Shown here: positions 37,653 to 46,480 of the stretch, one piece after another | Numbering within the stretch: the first letter of the stretch is position 1 | Layout: every line of letters starts with the position of its first letter | Assembly (NCBI GenBank): GCA_041663045.1 | Contig: JBAZRH010000001.1 | Location: forward strand, 1,817 to 65,816 | Origin: Minisyncoccota bacterium | GTDB taxonomy: Bacteria > Patescibacteriota > Minisyncoccia > Phycocordibacterales > GWA1-40-21 | DNA length: 64,000 nt | Direction: 5' to 3' | Notes under the pieces: model-generated | What the model was told of the DNA's origin: nothing | The model's input: only the letters and a program-made list of their open reading frames with translations | Database searches by the model: none | Program-made: the position numbers and the translations under genes

Positions 37653-37661
37653 GTCTGAACT

Positions 37662-38348
37662 ATGTTAACATTGAATGTTGAAAAGAGAGATGAGAAGGCT
37701 AGTTTGGCTTCTATAAGAAAGGCAGGCAAAATGCCGGCTATTTTCTATGGAAAAAAGGAGAAATCCACTTCCATCATGCTTCCTTATGCTATTTTTGAAA
37801 AAACTCTAAAAGATGCTGGTGAATCTACGATTCTCCACCTTTCTGGAGAGGGAATAGATGTAGATGTTTTGATAAAAGATGTAGATTTGGATCCTGTTAC
37901 CGACAATCCAAGACATGCTGATTTTTATGTTATTGAAAAGGGCAAGAAACTTGAGATTAAAGTACCGATAGAATTCGTGGGTGTCGCTCCAGCAGTCAAG
38001 GATTTGGCGGGTGTGCTTGTCAAAGTTATGCATGAAATAGAGATTGAAGCTTTGCCAAAAGATTTACCACATAAGATTGAGATTGATATTTCATCACTCG
38101 TCGCTTTTGACAGTGTTGTTACAGTTAAGGATATTAAAATCCCAGCAGGTGTAGAGATCAAGGCTAAGCTTGAAGATGTTGTCGCCTCTGTCTATGAACC
38201 AAAAGAAGAAGTTGTGGAAGTGGCTCCAGTAGATCTTTCTACAATAGAAGTTGAAAAGAAAGGTAAGGAAGCCAAAGAAGGCGAAGCTCCTGCCGAAGGT
38301 GCCGAAGCTCCGAAGAAAGAAGAAAAGAAAGAGGAGAAGAAAAAATAA
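37662..38348 (+). CDS. rplY: 50S ribosomal protein L25/general stress protein Ctc
   Basis: L25 beta-barrel N-terminal domain (KAGKMPAIFYGKK), Ctc C-terminal domain, K/E-rich tail. Confidence 0.8.
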   Translation: MLTLNVEKRDEKASLASIRKAGKMPAIFYGKKEKSTSIMLPYAIFEKTLKDAGESTILHLSGEGIDVDVLIKDVDLDPVTDNPRHADFYVIEKGKKLEIKVPIEFVGVAPAVKDLAGVLVKVMHEIEIEALPKDLPHKIEIDISSLVAFDSVVTVKDIKIPAGVEIKAKLEDVVASVYEPKEEVVEVAPVDLSTIEVEKKGKEAKEGEAPAEGAEAPKKEEKKEEKKK

Positions 38349-38357
38349 CTTAAGCAT

Positions 38358-38396
38358 AAAAGAAGAGCGGCGCCCGGAGGGCGCCGCTCTTCTTTT
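38358..38396 (+). terminator. rho-independent terminator
   Basis: aaaagaagagcggcgccc...gggcgccgctcttctttt. Confidence 0.8.
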
Positions 38397-38451
38397 ATGT
38401 CTTTAATATGATAAAATTAATAGATGGGAGGCATTTGTCGCCTTTTGATTT

Positions 38452-39813
38452 ATGATTAAAAAATCGTTCATTTATTTTTTGATAATAGTCTTTTTTACTT
38501 TTGGGGGAACTACCAAGACTATTTTTGCACAGAGTGCTGTTGCTATCACAGAAAATGCAGCAAGAAAAGCTGAACTTCAAGCCCAACTTAATCAGATAGA
38601 AGCCGATATAGCAGCTCAACAAAAGATATTAGATGACCAGAAAAACCGTTCAGACTCTTTGGCTAAAGAGATCGCTATCTTGGATGCAACTATAAAAAAA
38701 TACAAACTTGATATAAAAGCTAGAGAAATTGCCATAAAGGAACTCACTGAAAATATCGGAGATAAGCAGACCACTATCGATAAACTTTCAGATAAGATGC
38801 AGAGGGAAAGAGATTCACTGGCGGAGATAATCAGGAGGACCTCAGAAATCGATTCTATTTCAATTATAGGGGCGTTACTTTCAAAAGAAAGCATCTCCGG
38901 AGTTTTTGAGGATTTAGATTTATTTGATTCTATAAAAGCTGAAATGCAGAAATCTTTTACCGAGATTACAGATACAAAGGAAAAGACAGCCAACGAAAAA
39001 GCAGATCTTGAAAGTAAACGAGATGATGAAATGGAGCTAAAAGCTCTTCAAGAGCTTCAGCAAAAGAGAATTCAAGAGCAGGAGAAACAGAAGAGTGATA
39101 TATTAAAAGCGTCCAAGGGTCTTGAGGCTGGATATCAAAAGGTCATAAAAGATAAAGTTTTAACAGCAGGAGAGATTAGAAATCAACTTTTTTCTTTACA
39201 AGGTTCAGCACAAATCTCTTTTCCAAAAGCTGTTGAGTACGCGACTTTCGTCGGTGCAAAAACAAATATCAGGCCAGCTTTTATTCTCGGTATAATTGCT
39301 GAAGAATCAAACCTTGGTCAAAATGTCGGTACGGGCAATTGGCTTGTGGATATGAAAGCGCCGAGAGATACCGAGCCGTTTCTGGCTATATGTAGAAATC
39401 TTGGAATAGATCCAAATAAGGCCCCTGTTTCAAAGAAAGCATGGTATGGATACGGTGGAGCTATGGGTCCAGCGCAGTTTATCCCTTCCACATGGGTGCT
39501 TTACGGAGGATTTAAAAAAGATGGAAACGGTAATTGGCATTATGATGCAGGTTTGGATAAAATAAGAAAAGCACTTGGCACCGCGCGACCTTCTGACCCA
39601 TGGAACCCACTTGATGCGTTTATGGCTTCAGCTATTTTATCCAAAGAAAATGGCGCTAAAAATGGAGACTTCGCTTCAGAAAGGTTGGCAGCTTTGAGAT
39701 ATTTGGCAGGCTGGACCAATGCCACAAAGAAAGCCTATGCCTTCTATGGAGATGATGTTATGAACTTAGCTGCGAAATACCAGGCACAAATAGATGTGTT
39801 GAATGGAAAATAA
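38452..39813 (+). CDS. secreted coiled-coil protein with C-terminal lytic transglycosylase (SLT/lysozyme-like) domain
   Basis: Signal/TM at the N-terminus, ~230 aa coiled coil, then IIAEESNLGQN...GAMGPAQFIPSTW (SLT catalytic Glu and GxMQ-like region). Confidence 0.6.
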   Translation: MIKKSFIYFLIIVFFTFGGTTKTIFAQSAVAITENAARKAELQAQLNQIEADIAAQQKILDDQKNRSDSLAKEIAILDATIKKYKLDIKAREIAIKELTENIGDKQTTIDKLSDKMQRERDSLAEIIRRTSEIDSISIIGALLSKESISGVFEDLDLFDSIKAEMQKSFTEITDTKEKTANEKADLESKRDDEMELKALQELQQKRIQEQEKQKSDILKASKGLEAGYQKVIKDKVLTAGEIRNQLFSLQGSAQISFPKAVEYATFVGAKTNIRPAFILGIIAEESNLGQNVGTGNWLVDMKAPRDTEPFLAICRNLGIDPNKAPVSKKAWYGYGGAMGPAQFIPSTWVLYGGFKKDGNGNWHYDAGLDKIRKALGTARPSDPWNPLDAFMASAILSKENGAKNGDFASERLAALRYLAGWTNATKKAYAFYGDDVMNLAAKYQAQIDVLNGK

Positions 39814-39874
39814 AAGCTTGCTCGCTGTAGACGGGGAGTTGCATTTTTTGTGAAATCTGATACTATACACAGCT

Positions 39875-40114
39875 ATGAAAAAGGATATACATCCAAAATA
39901 CAATGATAAAGCCAAGACAACCTGCGCATGCGGAGGTACTTATGATTTTGGTTCCACAAAAGAGGAAATACATGTAGAAATCTGTGCCAATTGCCACCCA
40001 TTTTATACTGGCAATGAAAAGGTACTAGATACTGCCGGAAGAGTTGAAAAATTCAAGGCAAGAAAAGCTGCAGGAACTGCAAAATCTTCAGCGAAGAAAT
40101 CTACAAAAAAATAA
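39875..40114 (+). CDS. rpmE: 50S ribosomal protein L31
   Basis: MKKDIHPKY..Cx[11 protein letters not shown] zinc ribbon. Confidence 0.85.
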   Translation: MKKDIHPKYNDKAKTTCACGGTYDFGSTKEEIHVEICANCHPFYTGNEKVLDTAGRVEKFKARKAAGTAKSSAKKSTKK

Positions 40115-40126
40115 CAAAGTCAAAGA

Positions 40127-40160
40127 AAAATCCGTGCTCTTTCCGAGTTCGGATTTTTTC
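40127..40160 (+). terminator. rho-independent terminator
   Basis: aaaaatccg...cggattttt with a T-run. Confidence 0.65.
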
Positions 40161-40188
40161 TTTTCCCGATAAGTGTTAAAATAAAACC

Positions 40189-41181
40189 ATGCCAGATTTA
40201 ATAGAAGAATTCAGAAAAAATAAAAAGACCACATTTCTCGCCGAAGAATACACTCGGCTTGAAAATGAAGAAGAGTCTATAAAGAAAATGGCCGAGAAAG
40301 ACCAAGCACTTTTTGCTTTGGCTGAGGAAGAATTGAAGAATCTGAAATCTCAAAAAGATAATCTTCTCGAACAGATGAAAAATATTATAGCAGGGGATGA
40401 AGAGGAAGAAAAGTTTCCCAATGAAGCGATTATGGAAATCCGTGCTGGAGTGGGTGGGGAAGAGGCGGCGATTTTTGCCGAAGATTTGGCAAAGATGTAT
40501 AAAAGAGTAGCTACTTTGAAAAACTGGGCATTTAGCGTAGTAAGTGAGTCAAAAAGTGCGCTCGGAGGCTATAAAGAAGTTGTATTTGAGCTTCGTGGCA
40601 AAGATGTCTATAAAGGTTTGAGATTTGAAACGGGAGTTCATAGGGTTCAGAGAGTTCCAGATACGGAAAAGTCCGGAAGGGTTCATACCTCTACCGCATC
40701 GGTAGCCGTTTTGCCGATTAGGAAGAAGTCGAAGATAGAGATTAAGTCTTCAGATCTTCAAGTTGAATTTTCAAGGTCTGGTGGGGCTGGAGGTCAAAAT
40801 GTAAACAAGGTTGAGACAGCCGTGAGGATAGTCCATATACCGACAGGTATAGATGTCCGCTCTACTGCAGAGAGAAGCCAGTTGAAAAATAGAGAAAAAG
40901 CTATGGGCATTCTTACTGCCAAGCTTGAAATACTGAAAGAGGAAGAGGAGGCTAAAAAGTTTGCAAGCGACAGGAAAGAACAGATTGGTACGGCAGATAG
41001 ATCAGAGAAAATTCGCACTTACAATATTTTGCAGGATAGAGTTACGGACCATAGAGTCAAACACTCTTGGTTCAATATTGAAAATATCTTTGCCGGCGAC
41101 GGGCTTGTCGATGTTGTAGATTATATTGTGAAAAACGATTGTAAACCGCAGGCAGGGGATTCAGAAGCTGACGCGGAATAA
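40189..41181 (+). CDS. prfA: peptide chain release factor 1
   Basis: GGQ motif (SGGAGGQNVNKVETAVRIVHIPTG) and RF1-type PxT motif (RVQRVPDTE). Confidence 0.85.
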   Translation: MPDLIEEFRKNKKTTFLAEEYTRLENEEESIKKMAEKDQALFALAEEELKNLKSQKDNLLEQMKNIIAGDEEEEKFPNEAIMEIRAGVGGEEAAIFAEDLAKMYKRVATLKNWAFSVVSESKSALGGYKEVVFELRGKDVYKGLRFETGVHRVQRVPDTEKSGRVHTSTASVAVLPIRKKSKIEIKSSDLQVEFSRSGGAGGQNVNKVETAVRIVHIPTGIDVRSTAERSQLKNREKAMGILTAKLEILKEEEEAKKFASDRKEQIGTADRSEKIRTYNILQDRVTDHRVKHSWFNIENIFAGDGLVDVVDYIVKNDCKPQAGDSEADAE

Positions 41182-41185
41182 TATT

Positions 41186-41332
41186 GCCTGAAATTTTCAC
41201 GGGGTCCTGTCGACCTGCCCCTTTTGAAATGCACGGATATTTTCTTGCTAGAAAATTCCTCGTGCTCGCGCCGTCGCGCTCCCAAGGCATTTCAAAAGGG
41301 GCAGGCTCGCCACCCCTAACAAAATTTCAGGC
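41186..41332. repeat. imperfect palindromic intergenic element R3 (same family as R1 and R2)
   Basis: Outer arms gcctgaaatttt / aaaatttcaggc. Inner arms cctgccccttttgaaatgc / gcatttcaaaaggggcagg. Core gtgctcgcgccgtcgcgctccc. Confidence 0.6.
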
Positions 41333-41334
41333 AG

Positions 41335-42084
41335 TTGCATTTTAGCCATATTCTGATATACTTTCTGCCACTTATGATAGAACAAAAGAAAACAGCAAAT
41401 AACGAGAAAATCGAGGCGATGTTTAAGGCAGGCGCCCATTTTGGCTATGCCAAATCAAAGAGAAATGCTTCCACAGCACCTTTTATATTTGGTACCAAGA
41501 ATAAAACTGAAATAATTGACTTAGAAAAAACCAATGAAATGCTTGATAAGGCTATTGAGTTTGTTACTTCACTTGCGAAGGCAGGTAAGATAATCCTTTT
41601 TGCTTCAAGCAAGAGTGAAGCCAAGGGTGCTATCAAAGAAGGAGCAATGTCTATCGATATGCCATATGTTTCGGGAAGATGGATTGGTGGAACTATTACA
41701 AATTTTGTTGAAATAAAAAAGAGACTTGCTAAATATGAAGATCTCACAAAACAAAAAGAAAAAGGAGAACTTTCAAAATATACAAAGAAAGAAAGAGCAC
41801 TTATAGACAAAGAGATATCGAATCTCGAGAAAATGTTCTCAGGAATTGTCGGTTTGAAGGACAATCCAAAAGCGCTTTTTGTTGTTGATCCTAAAGAAGA
41901 GATAAACGCCGTTATGGAAGCGAAGAGGGCAGGAATACCTGTGATAGCAATAGCAAATACAGATTGTGATATTAAAATAGTTGATCACCCGATAGTTGCA
42001 AACGATTCTTCGGTTTCAAGCATCGCTTTTATAGTTTCAGAAATCATAAAAGCTTATAAGGATGGTAAGGTCGCGAAAGCTTAA
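41335..42084 (+). CDS. rpsB: 30S ribosomal protein S2
   Basis: EAMFKAGAHFGY.., GIPVIAIANTDCD. The true start may be the internal ATG at 41374. Confidence 0.8.
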   Translation: MHFSHILIYFLPLMIEQKKTANNEKIEAMFKAGAHFGYAKSKRNASTAPFIFGTKNKTEIIDLEKTNEMLDKAIEFVTSLAKAGKIILFASSKSEAKGAIKEGAMSIDMPYVSGRWIGGTITNFVEIKKRLAKYEDLTKQKEKGELSKYTKKERALIDKEISNLEKMFSGIVGLKDNPKALFVVDPKEEINAVMEAKRAGIPVIAIANTDCDIKIVDHPIVANDSSVSSIAFIVSEIIKAYKDGKVAKA

Positions 42085-42160
42085 AAGATTCTTCCATTCA
42101 GTTCCACTTTTAAAGCGAAGCTTGTTTTTTCGTTTAATAAAATTTATAATATAAATATAT

Positions 42161-42748
42161 ATGGCAATAACAACAGAACAAATTAAAGAATTAAGAGAAA
42201 AGACAGGCATATCTGTGATGCAATGTAGGAAAGTGCTTGAAGAAGCAGGCGGAGATATGGGGAAGGCCGTTATTCTTTTAAAGAAGAGAGGGGCCGAAGC
42301 TGCTGCCAAGAAATCCGAAAGGACGCTCAAGGCCGGAAGAATCGCTGCTTATATACACGGTGTCGGCTCTGTGGGTGCTATGGTAGAACTCTGTAGTGAA
42401 ACAGACTTCGTATCTAAAAATGAAGAATTTCAGAAACTTGCTTATGAGATAGCTATGCAAATAGCTGCCACAAATCCTGTGTATTTGAGAAAGGAAGATA
42501 TTTCCGAGGAGGAAAAACAGAAAGTCCTTAGTGCTTTTCTCGATGAAGTGAAAGGTAAGCCAGAAAACATGAAAGAGAAAATCTTGCAAGGCAAACTGGA
42601 TGCATTTTTCAAAGAGAGGATTTTACTTGAACAGGATTACATAAAAGATCCAAGCGTTACTATTACAAGTCTTATTCAGAATGCCATTCAAAAATTTGGT
42701 GAGAAAATAGAAATAGCTAGGTTCGTGAGGTTCAATGTCAGTAAATAA
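42161..42748 (+). CDS. tsf: elongation factor Ts (short form)
   Basis: ITTEQIKELREKTGISVMQCRKVLEEAGGDMGKAVILL (UBA-like N-terminus) and dimerisation domain. Confidence 0.8.
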   Translation: MAITTEQIKELREKTGISVMQCRKVLEEAGGDMGKAVILLKKRGAEAAAKKSERTLKAGRIAAYIHGVGSVGAMVELCSETDFVSKNEEFQKLAYEIAMQIAATNPVYLRKEDISEEEKQKVLSAFLDEVKGKPENMKEKILQGKLDAFFKERILLEQDYIKDPSVTITSLIQNAIQKFGEKIEIARFVRFNVSK

Positions 42749-42750
42749 TT

Positions 42751-43131
42751 ATGGCAATTGCTTTATTTTATATCTCCCTGATACTTTTAGTCGGATTTAT
42801 AACGATTAAGTCGCTTGAGATTTATTATGATAGAAAACATGTACTCTCACAAGTTATCTGCAGGGGGGATGATTACTGTCATGAATTAGTTGGAAAGACG
42901 CGACATGTTATTTCAAAGATAAAATTCAAGAATTTTCACAGGCTCGTAGTGTTAATAGCGGAATTTATAAAAAGAGAGACTATTATATTAAAGAGAAAAT
43001 TTGATAGTAAACAACCAAAATTTTTCTTGAAGACCGTATCTTACAAGCCCGATTCTAGTAAAAAAGGCTCAGTATCTTTTTTCTTGAAAAATGTTTCAGA
43101 TTACAAGAATTCACTGAAGAGTAAGGAGTAG
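42751..43131 (+). CDS. hypothetical small membrane protein
   Basis: 126-aa ORF with an N-terminal TM helix, immediately after tsf. Confidence 0.35.
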   Translation: MAIALFYISLILLVGFITIKSLEIYYDRKHVLSQVICRGDDYCHELVGKTRHVISKIKFKNFHRLVVLIAEFIKRETIILKRKFDSKQPKFFLKTVSYKPDSSKKGSVSFFLKNVSDYKNSLKSKE

Positions 43132-43238
43132 TTTGTAATTTTCTTTATTTTTTGCTATATTTCTCGGTAGGTCATAAGCCTAAAACATTTTATTCTGATA
43201 AAATGTTCGGCCGATCAATTTTGAATAAATTGATATAG

Positions 43239-43311
43239 GCCACCTTAGCTCAGTTGGTAGAGCAGCGCTTTTGTAAAGCGAAGGTCCCCAGTTCAAATCT
43301 GGGAGGTGGCT
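43239..43311 (+). tRNA. tRNA-Thr (anticodon TGT, tentative isotype)
   Basis: Acceptor gccacct/aggtggc (7/7), D-arm tagctcagttggtagagc, anticodon loop ttTGTaa, T-arm cccagttcaaatctggg, discriminator T. Confidence 0.8.
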
Positions 43312-43427
43312 CAATAAATAAACCCGAGAGGGCTTTTTTATGTTTCTTTTGCTGTAAGCGGGCGAGTATCACTATTTTTCATCACTGCTGAGAACCCCAA
43401 GTAAAACCAGAACACTTCTCGGTATCT

Positions 43428-43610
43428 GCAAGTCTACGACCGAGTATCACCACTTTTCTGTGTCCGCAGGCGAGTTTGCCGGTACGGTGTGGTGTAATTT
43501 TGCGGAGTGTATTCACGGAGCAAAAGTATACCACGACGGAAACCGCCGAGGATTAGGAGAATTTCCGCTGGGAAATTCTCCGCACAGAAAAATGGTGATG
43601 CGAGGGAGTC
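43428..43610 (+). mobile_element. MITE-like element copy A (~180 bp with ~19-bp terminal inverted repeats)
   Basis: Ends gagtatcaccacttttctgtg ... cacagaaaaatggtgatgcg are inverted repeats. Aligns near-identically over ~150 bp with the reverse complement of 51402-51597. Confidence 0.6.
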
Positions 43611-43611
43611 T

Positions 43612-44283
43612 TTATTTCTTAGTCGTAGTCGCTGTGCTTGTCGCTGTCTCTTTAAGTTCCGGTATGAGCTTCTCCAAAGCATCTTTCTCTTGAAAACCAG
43701 TAAATGCCTTACCTTTAACTATAATAACAGGGAAGTCTGATTTTACTTTATATATTGAGGCAAGGGTTTTCACTGCTGGGCTGTCGAGATCATAGTCAAA
43801 AGAATACACCCTGAGCTTAGGATAATTCTCTCGAAGATATGTAAGTACATAGCCTTGTTTCCTGCAATCCGAACAGTCATTTGTATAAAAATATATCAAA
43901 GAAACCGGTTTGATATCGCATTTGTCGGCGATTTTTTCCATAAGTAGATAATCTTTGATTTCAAGTAGGGAGTAGTACTTTTTTAAATATAATAATTCCG
44001 GATCGTTCTGGCTCATCTGGTCTTCCATATAAGAGAGCTTTTCGGCAATACTGTTCATCTCTTTTGAGAATTCAGAATCAGCGACATTTTTGCAGGCAGC
44101 TCCTTCAAGGAGGGCGAATTGAGTTTCAGAAGACAAGACATCGAGAGATATCTTTTCTCCCATAGATTTGATCTGCGCGGTTTTTTTATTATCAATATAG
44201 TTACTTAAAGATATGGCGGTAATGAATATCGCAAGTGTGATAATAAATGCATATAGATATATTTTCCAGTCAGTTTTCTTCAT
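43612..44283 (-). CDS. membrane-anchored thioredoxin-fold protein (CxxC)
   Basis: N-terminal TM helix, CSDC active-site-like motif in a thioredoxin-like region, T-rich C-terminal tail. Confidence 0.5.
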   Translation of the reverse strand: MKKTDWKIYLYAFIITLAIFITAISLSNYIDNKKTAQIKSMGEKISLDVLSSETQFALLEGAACKNVADSEFSKEMNSIAEKLSYMEDQMSQNDPELLYLKKYYSLLEIKDYLLMEKIADKCDIKPVSLIYFYTNDCSDCRKQGYVLTYLRENYPKLRVYSFDYDLDSPAVKTLASIYKVKSDFPVIIVKGKAFTGFQEKDALEKLIPELKETATSTATTTKK

Positions 44284-44398
44284 CCCAATTATAAATTTTA
44301 AGCTAATAAATTTTTATCTGCTTCTACTAAATATCTTTTAACTAAAATATTATTTATCATATTATATTTGTTCGTATTTATAATGGGACAAGTATTTT

Positions 44399-45673
44399 TT
44401 ACCTCCACTTAACCTGTCTTGATAAAGCGGCCTTGTAGATTGCGGATGTCATCCAAATAGGCGATATAAAACCGTATAAGAATACAAAATAAAATATTTC
44501 TTTTTTAAATCGCAATTTTCCTGTGGCTATTTTTACGGCAACCAAGATGAGTATAAGTGATATTAAGAGCAATGAAATGACCATCAAGACAGATGTACTT
44601 GTCTTTATCGAAAAAGGATCAAAAGCCGTTGCGGTGAAATCAAGACCCAAACCACTTATTCTCAAGAAGGTATCATGTGCTCCGGAGAATACAGATTTGC
44701 CTATATTGAATACCGCGATAAGCACTGAGTAAGCAATTATAAATGAGAAAGGCAAGACAAACATGCCATAATTGCCGTATTTTTTATTGAAGAACATTTC
44801 TTTGTAATCCACAGCATTTTTGATAAAGCCGAAATTCCACCTTAATCTTTGTTTGTACAAAGTCTTAATGGTTTTGGGTGCTGTGGTATAGACTATAGAT
44901 TTATGGGAATTCCTGATTTTTAGATTTCTCCTATGCAACCTCAAAGTGATTTCCATATCTTCCGTCTGATGTGCTTTTTTATAATTGCCGACCATTTTAA
45001 ATACATTTTTCCTAAACATAGAAAATGGTCCCGGCATGACAAGCACGGCATCTGCATAAGAAAAGAGCTTCGCTATCAAAATGCCGAGGGTGTATTCAGA
45101 CCACTGCATTCTCTGAAGCAAATTTCTTGGATTGAAGACCCTTACGGATGGGGTGACTGCCATAGTTTTCTTATCTTTGAAATAAGCCATCATATTCATA
45201 AGTGCGGACTTTTCCACAAAAGAATCTGCATCAAGACAGCCGATTATCTCACCTTTCGTTTTTGTAATACCAAAATTCAGAGCTGTATGTTTACCACCGT
45301 TTATTTTTTTATAAATTCTAATTTGCGGATTCTTTTTGTACTTCTGTATATGTTTCCATGTGCCGTCTGTACTGCCGTCATCTATTATTAAAATCTCAAG
45401 TTTATCTTTTGGATAATCTAGAGCAAGTAAGGAATCTATTGTGCCGTCTACAGTTTCTTCCTCATTGAAGCAAGGGACAATTACACTTGTATACAAGGTT
45501 TCGCTACCGAGTGCTTGTGACGGCGAAGTCTCTGATTTTATTTCTCTTCTATGTCTGATATACAGAATGAGCAAAAAGACCTCAAAATAAAGAGATATAA
45601 ACAGAAATACAAGGTTGATTACCTCTATCGTTTTCATCAATATTATAATATCAGAAAAAGTGGCAGATTTCAA
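44399..45673 (-). CDS. membrane-integrated processive family-2 glycosyltransferase (cellulose/chitin-synthase-like)
   Basis: VIVPCFNEEETV..DDGSTDGT, DAD, QRLRWNFG (QxxRW) and flanking TM helices. Confidence 0.75.
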   Translation of the reverse strand: MKSATFSDIIILMKTIEVINLVFLFISLYFEVFLLILYIRHRREIKSETSPSQALGSETLYTSVIVPCFNEEETVDGTIDSLLALDYPKDKLEILIIDDGSTDGTWKHIQKYKKNPQIRIYKKINGGKHTALNFGITKTKGEIIGCLDADSFVEKSALMNMMAYFKDKKTMAVTPSVRVFNPRNLLQRMQWSEYTLGILIAKLFSYADAVLVMPGPFSMFRKNVFKMVGNYKKAHQTEDMEITLRLHRRNLKIRNSHKSIVYTTAPKTIKTLYKQRLRWNFGFIKNAVDYKEMFFNKKYGNYGMFVLPFSFIIAYSVLIAVFNIGKSVFSGAHDTFLRISGLGLDFTATAFDPFSIKTSTSVLMVISLLLISLILILVAVKIATGKLRFKKEIFYFVFLYGFISPIWMTSAIYKAALSRQVKWR

Positions 45674-45720
45674 TCATTTTTGTGTTGAAATATGTGCCTT
45701 TTACTGTATAATTTATCAAT

Positions 45721-46479
45721 ATGCAAAAACCAGAGGAAAATAGAGGACATCTACATCCGATAACCTTAGTATTTAATGATATGGTTAAGATTTTTTCCGA
45801 TATGGGTTTTGTATTAACCGATGGTCCAGAACTTGAAACAGAATATTATAACTTTGATGCCTTGAATTTTCCCAAAGATCATCCAGCTCGCGATATGCAG
45901 GATACTTTTTGGCTTAAACCAAATAAAAATATACCTGGTGTTGAAAACAAGCTTTTGAGACCTCAGACGAGTGCAATGCAGATTCACTATATGGAAGACA
46001 ATAAACCGCCACTTGCTATTATTTGTCCGGGTAAAGTTTATAGAAATGAAGCGACAGATGCGGGTCATGAAGCACAATTTCATCAGATAGAAGGATTACT
46101 GGTAGATAAAAAGATTTCTCTTGCTGATCTCAAGTCAACTCTGAATATCTTTTTTGATAAATTCTTTAAGAAAGATGTTGAGGTGAGATTTCGTCCAAGT
46201 TTTTTCCCTTTTGTTGAACCGGGTGTAGAAATAGACGTCTCTTGTTTCAAATGTAAAGGTGAAGGAAGTTGTCCAGTTTGCAAAGGCACCGGTTGGATAG
46301 AGATAATGGGAGCCGGGGCTGTTCATCCAAAAGTGTTGAATATTATCGGAATAAATCCAAATGAATTTACCGGTTTTGCCTTCGGTATGGGTGTGGATAG
46401 AATAGCGATGCTCAAATACGGCATTGATGATATTAGGTTGCTTTATTCCGGAGATTTGAGATTAGTTAATCAATTTTAA
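45721..46479 (+). CDS. pheS: phenylalanine--tRNA ligase alpha subunit (N-terminally short, 252 aa)
   Basis: Class II motifs: [46 protein letters not shown]. Lacks the usual ~90-aa N-terminal helical arm. Confidence 0.85.
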   Translation: MQKPEENRGHLHPITLVFNDMVKIFSDMGFVLTDGPELETEYYNFDALNFPKDHPARDMQDTFWLKPNKNIPGVENKLLRPQTSAMQIHYMEDNKPPLAIICPGKVYRNEATDAGHEAQFHQIEGLLVDKKISLADLKSTLNIFFDKFFKKDVEVRFRPSFFPFVEPGVEIDVSCFKCKGEGSCPVCKGTGWIEIMGAGAVHPKVLNIIGINPNEFTGFAFGMGVDRIAMLKYGIDDIRLLYSGDLRLVNQF

Positions 46480-46480
46480 A

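Noticed and set aside
43434-43740. ORFs 43460-43693+, 43507-43740+ and 43434-43682- inside MITE copy A
   Set aside because: They run through a non-coding repeat element with stable hairpins and through the 3' end of the trx-like gene on the other strand. No RBS, and reading frames are not conserved in copy B.
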